This document shows, in pieces, positions 32,498 through 35,554 of a stretch of 35,554 bases of DNA (its first letter is position 1; each line of letters begins with the position of its first letter). The notes below the pieces were generated by a model, which saw nothing but the letters and a program-made list of their open reading frames with translations, searched no databases and had not been told where the DNA came from. The stretch lies in assembly GCF_001194135.2 (NCBI RefSeq), contig NC_068991.1:55257879-55293432 (forward strand). The letters are read 5' to 3'. The position numbers were made by a program, and so were the translations under genes. The DNA comes from Octopus bimaculoides (lineage: Eukaryota).

Positions 32498-33778
32498 GAA
32501 GTAAAAAGTTACGGCCGATCATAGAGTGACCATTGGTTTTGTACCTATAGAGCATTTGGAAGTACAGGCCACTCATCAGACTCAAACGACTGAAGGCGCA
32601 TAACCTCTCTAGAAACTGGAGGAAGAAATATGTAACGGCCAGTTGGTTTTGTAAATGAAAAATAATTATCCGCACTGCAGACTCCCGCCATGGTAATATT
32701 GGAAGGTGATGGTAATACAACGAATGTGGATTTCCAATTCTGAAATAGGAAACGTTTTAGATGTGAGCATTGACTGAAGACTTTCCTGGAGTTTAAAACT
32801 CTCCGAGTTTAGCGAGTCTTTTAGGTTTCTTGCCCTCTCAGACAAGCAAAGCCTACATAGTTTGCTTCCGTTCATATAAGCCCCTAGTTGTTCAAGAAAT
32901 TTCCATTTAATTATGTATAGGGTTTCTTTCTCTTTTAAGCGTCATACGTGGCTGGCCAGGGATGTGATGTACCTTACCGGTATCCTAATACAGGACTTAA
33001 GGTTATTCAGATGCTGCTTAATTTGGAGTGCGGTTGAACCGACATATTTGTGTGTGGATGTGCTACCACCACCGATGTTTGTTTCGTTAACTCTGAGTCT
33101 GATGTTATCGTTGTTGTTGCTGGACTCGCTGCAGGTGCTGGTGTTTCTATGTGATTCTGGTGGTTTCACAGTTGCTGGCATTGTGACTGTCAGTATTGTT
33201 GTCCCTGTTGCTTGATGCACTGCTGCCGTCGTCGCAGCTACCATTGTTGTTCTTGCTGCTGTTGTCGGTGGGTACATCATTGCCGCTTATGTTGTTACTC
33301 TGACCACCACCGTTGCCACTGTCGTTGTTGTCGGTGGATGTGCCGTTGCTATTAGCCTGTTACTTTGGCTGCCAGTGGCGGCTACCACCTCAGCCTCATA
33401 CACGACCCTCTCATCTTCGCACCGACCACCCCCACTGTGCAGTCATTGTATACCCTACATGAGCATCCTGTCTTTGCTCACTAAGATCTTAATGTTGGAC
33501 GCACAACTGAAGGATACCCCTAAGTTGTGCCTACTAAACAAACGTCTGTATTTGTTTGACGGCCGAAACCGATGTAAGGGGGCTACCCCGTCCCGCTTAC
33601 CGCACAGATAATTATTTTTTGTTTACAAATCCAACTGGCCATTACGTATCTCTTCCTCCAGTTTCTAGAGAGGTTATGTGCCTTCAGCCATTTGAGTCTG
33701 ACGAGTCGCCTATACTACTAAACCTTTGTAGAAGCGAAACCAACGGTCACTCTATGCCCGGCCATAGCTTTTAGCTTC
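32498..33778 (-). mobile_element. 5'-truncated Penelope-like element with inverted ~175-bp pseudo-LTRs and a GIY-YIG split by a long low-complexity insert
   Basis: Minus strand reads FSRHNLGVSFSCASNIKILVS ... GGRCEDERVVYEAEV (33398-33406) ... KYVGST (33038-33046) ... LASHV*RLKEK...IKWKFL...YMNGSKLCRLCLSER. Arms 32498-32676 and 33602-33778 are reverse complements. Confidence 0.85.
33694..33752 (+). ncRNA. Type-I hammerhead ribozyme motif (family 3); counterpart at 32524-32583 on the minus strand
   Basis: GAGT-CTGACGA-[stem II, imperfect]-GAAAC-CAACG-GTC-ACTC: intact core, stem I GAGU/ACUC, stem III ACC/GGU, GUC site after 33748. Confidence 0.7.
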
Positions 33779-33920
33779 ATGAAAAATACATGACTGCTCT
33801 AATGCTTTATGGTGGGCTTCTTTTTCGGATATATGAACTACTGACGATATATATACATATATGACAGGAATGGCAACAAAAGAAAGAAAGAGACCTCGAT
33901 ATTATGCAAATAGAGGAATT

Positions 33921-34309
33921 TATCTGTAAAAATATGTGACACTTATTCAGTAGCCATGATAAAACTCCGAGTTTCGGATGCCAGGGTGGGGGGTCCACTC
34001 CAACATCTCTTCAGTTATCCAGCCAGTGGAAATTCCTTCGAAAAATAACCGTTAAACACAAAGGGAAATTAAAAACCCTGGCNNNNNNNNNNTGTAAAAA
34101 TATGTGACACTTATTCAGTAGCCATGATAAAACTCCGAGTTTCGGATGCCAGGGTGGGGGGTCCACTCCAACATCTCTTCAGTTATCCAGCCAGTGGAAA
34201 TTCCTTCGAAAAATAACCGTTAAACACAAAGGGAAATTAAAAACCCTGGCATCCGAAACTCGGAGTTTTATCATGGCTACTGAATAAGTGTCACATATTT
34301 TTACAGATA
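33921..34309. mobile_element. Penelope-type pseudo-LTR with a partial inverted copy (family 4)
   Basis: 33921-33987 is the reverse complement of 34244-34309; the 158 bp at 33925-34082 and 34093-34250 are identical across a 10-N gap. Confidence 0.7.
33958..34019 (-). ncRNA. Type-I hammerhead ribozyme motif (family 4); duplicated at 34126-34187 by an assembly overlap
   Basis: Reverse complement GATAA-CTGAAGA-GATGTTGG(AGTGGACCCCCCACC)CTGGCATC-C-GAAA-CTCGGAGT-T-TTATC. Confidence 0.7.
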
Positions 34310-34364
34310 TATATACATACATACATACATATATATATATATATATGAGAATATACAAATAATA

Positions 34365-34510
34365 ACAACAGACGAGGACAGGTGGTGTAAATAACAAAAG
34401 TATATATTAGTATGACGCTCGGGAATACGGAAAGTCTTTGACGTTTCGAGCTACGCTCTTCAACAGAAAGAATACGGAGACAAGGAGAAAAACACGGAGA
34501 AAAAAAATTG
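34365..34510 (-). mobile_element. Penelope-type pseudo-LTR fragment (family 2) with a hammerhead-like motif at 34436-34470
   Basis: Reverse complement CTTT-CTGTTGA-A-GAGC-GTA-GCTC-GAAAC-GTC-AAAG; colinear with 24600-24756. Confidence 0.65.
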
Positions 34511-34544
34511 AATAGTGTTCAGTCAACGGTCAATCATAATAATA

Positions 34545-34647
34545 TATACACATATACATATATATACACACATATATATAGACATATATATATATACATA
34601 CGTATACACACACACACATATATATATATACNNNNNNNNNNTATACG

Positions 34648-34685
<38 letters not shown>
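34545..34685. repeat. (TA)/(CA) compound microsatellite with a 10-N gap
   Basis: Directly visible. Confidence 0.95.
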
Positions 34686-34686
<1 letters not shown>

Positions 34687-35554
34687 CGTTGTTAGAAATA
34701 AGAGTCAAAAGCGACTCAATTAGCCACAATAGCACTAAAAGTTAACAAGCTGACGAAGTCAGGGAAGCGAGAAAAATAACCAGCATACCAAAGCTCAATT
34801 CTTAAAATCATGGTAGGTTAGAGTCCATGAGCAAAAAAGAGTTCCACAAGGTCAATTTAAACACACCTATGGGCATTTCTAGAGCTTACTACCGCAGTTC
34901 AACTACATCAAAGTGCATCACGGCAATGACCCGCTCATCACGATGAACAGGAAACAGGAAACACGCACAGAACAAAACTGATTTCTTTATTACTCACGAG
35001 GGGCCGACAAAGAGAGGACTAACAAAACACAGACATGTGTGGACATAAAACTATTAGAAAAAATATAAATAACGTATGATATAATGAATGATAGTGAAAA
35101 TGATAAACGAAAATGGGCTACTTGCCCCACCTCAAGCAGCGTCACTCATTTCCTTCTATTCCTTAGTCTTTCGGTATATTTATGCCTTACTTTTTAATGA
35201 GTTCTTCAATTTTTTAATTTTCCGGTATATTTCTTAAGTTGCAGTCGACTCTCCAATATGTATAACTACCCTTGTCTTCATTTAATCCTTCAATCTACTC
35301 TCAGGCACCAAAAAACATTTGTGCCATACTTTTATATTGGACTTTCCTTCTGTGTTCCCAAGTTTTGCGTCCTTCAATTTTGTTATTTTACTTATCAGGT
35401 CCGTATTAACTCCTTCGAACATTAAAACTACATAGCAATTGGGAGGGGAGGTTTGTAGTTTCGTGTGTGTCTGCTCTTCATTTTTATTTTTATTTTTCGT
35501 CAGCGGGGAATGGATGGGCTTGGTGTCTGCAGGGGGAGAGTTGGGCTAATATGG

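Noticed and set aside
33925-34250. Perfect 158-bp direct repeat
   Set aside because: The copies are identical and separated by exactly 10 Ns, the signature of an unmerged contig overlap rather than a biological duplication.

Overview
AT-rich, microsatellite- and transposon-dense animal genomic DNA with six assembly gaps. The SINE families and simple-repeat load resemble an octopus/coleoid cephalopod genome (inference). One protein-coding gene can be rebuilt by hand on the minus strand, about 27610 to 10740. It has a CCAAT/TATA promoter, a non-coding first exon and six coding exons joined by phase-0 GT-AG introns. It encodes a 231-aa four-transmembrane CD20/MS4A-like protein that the ORF track shows only in part. 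The rest is mostly decayed mobile DNA: an R4/Dong-type and an RTE LINE, two Penelope-like GIY-YIG fragments, a Helitron helicase end, a complete but dead mariner, piggyBac/hAT/mariner-type MITEs, about ten tRNA-derived SINEs built from interchangeable modules, a probable solo LTR, and an LTR pair with a tRNA-Trp primer-binding site around a ~200-bp internal region. The most unusual non-coding signal is a set of minimal type-I hammerhead-ribozyme motifs from at least four Penelope-type repeat families, most inside inverted repeats. All calls come from manual reading and translation; no database searches were run.
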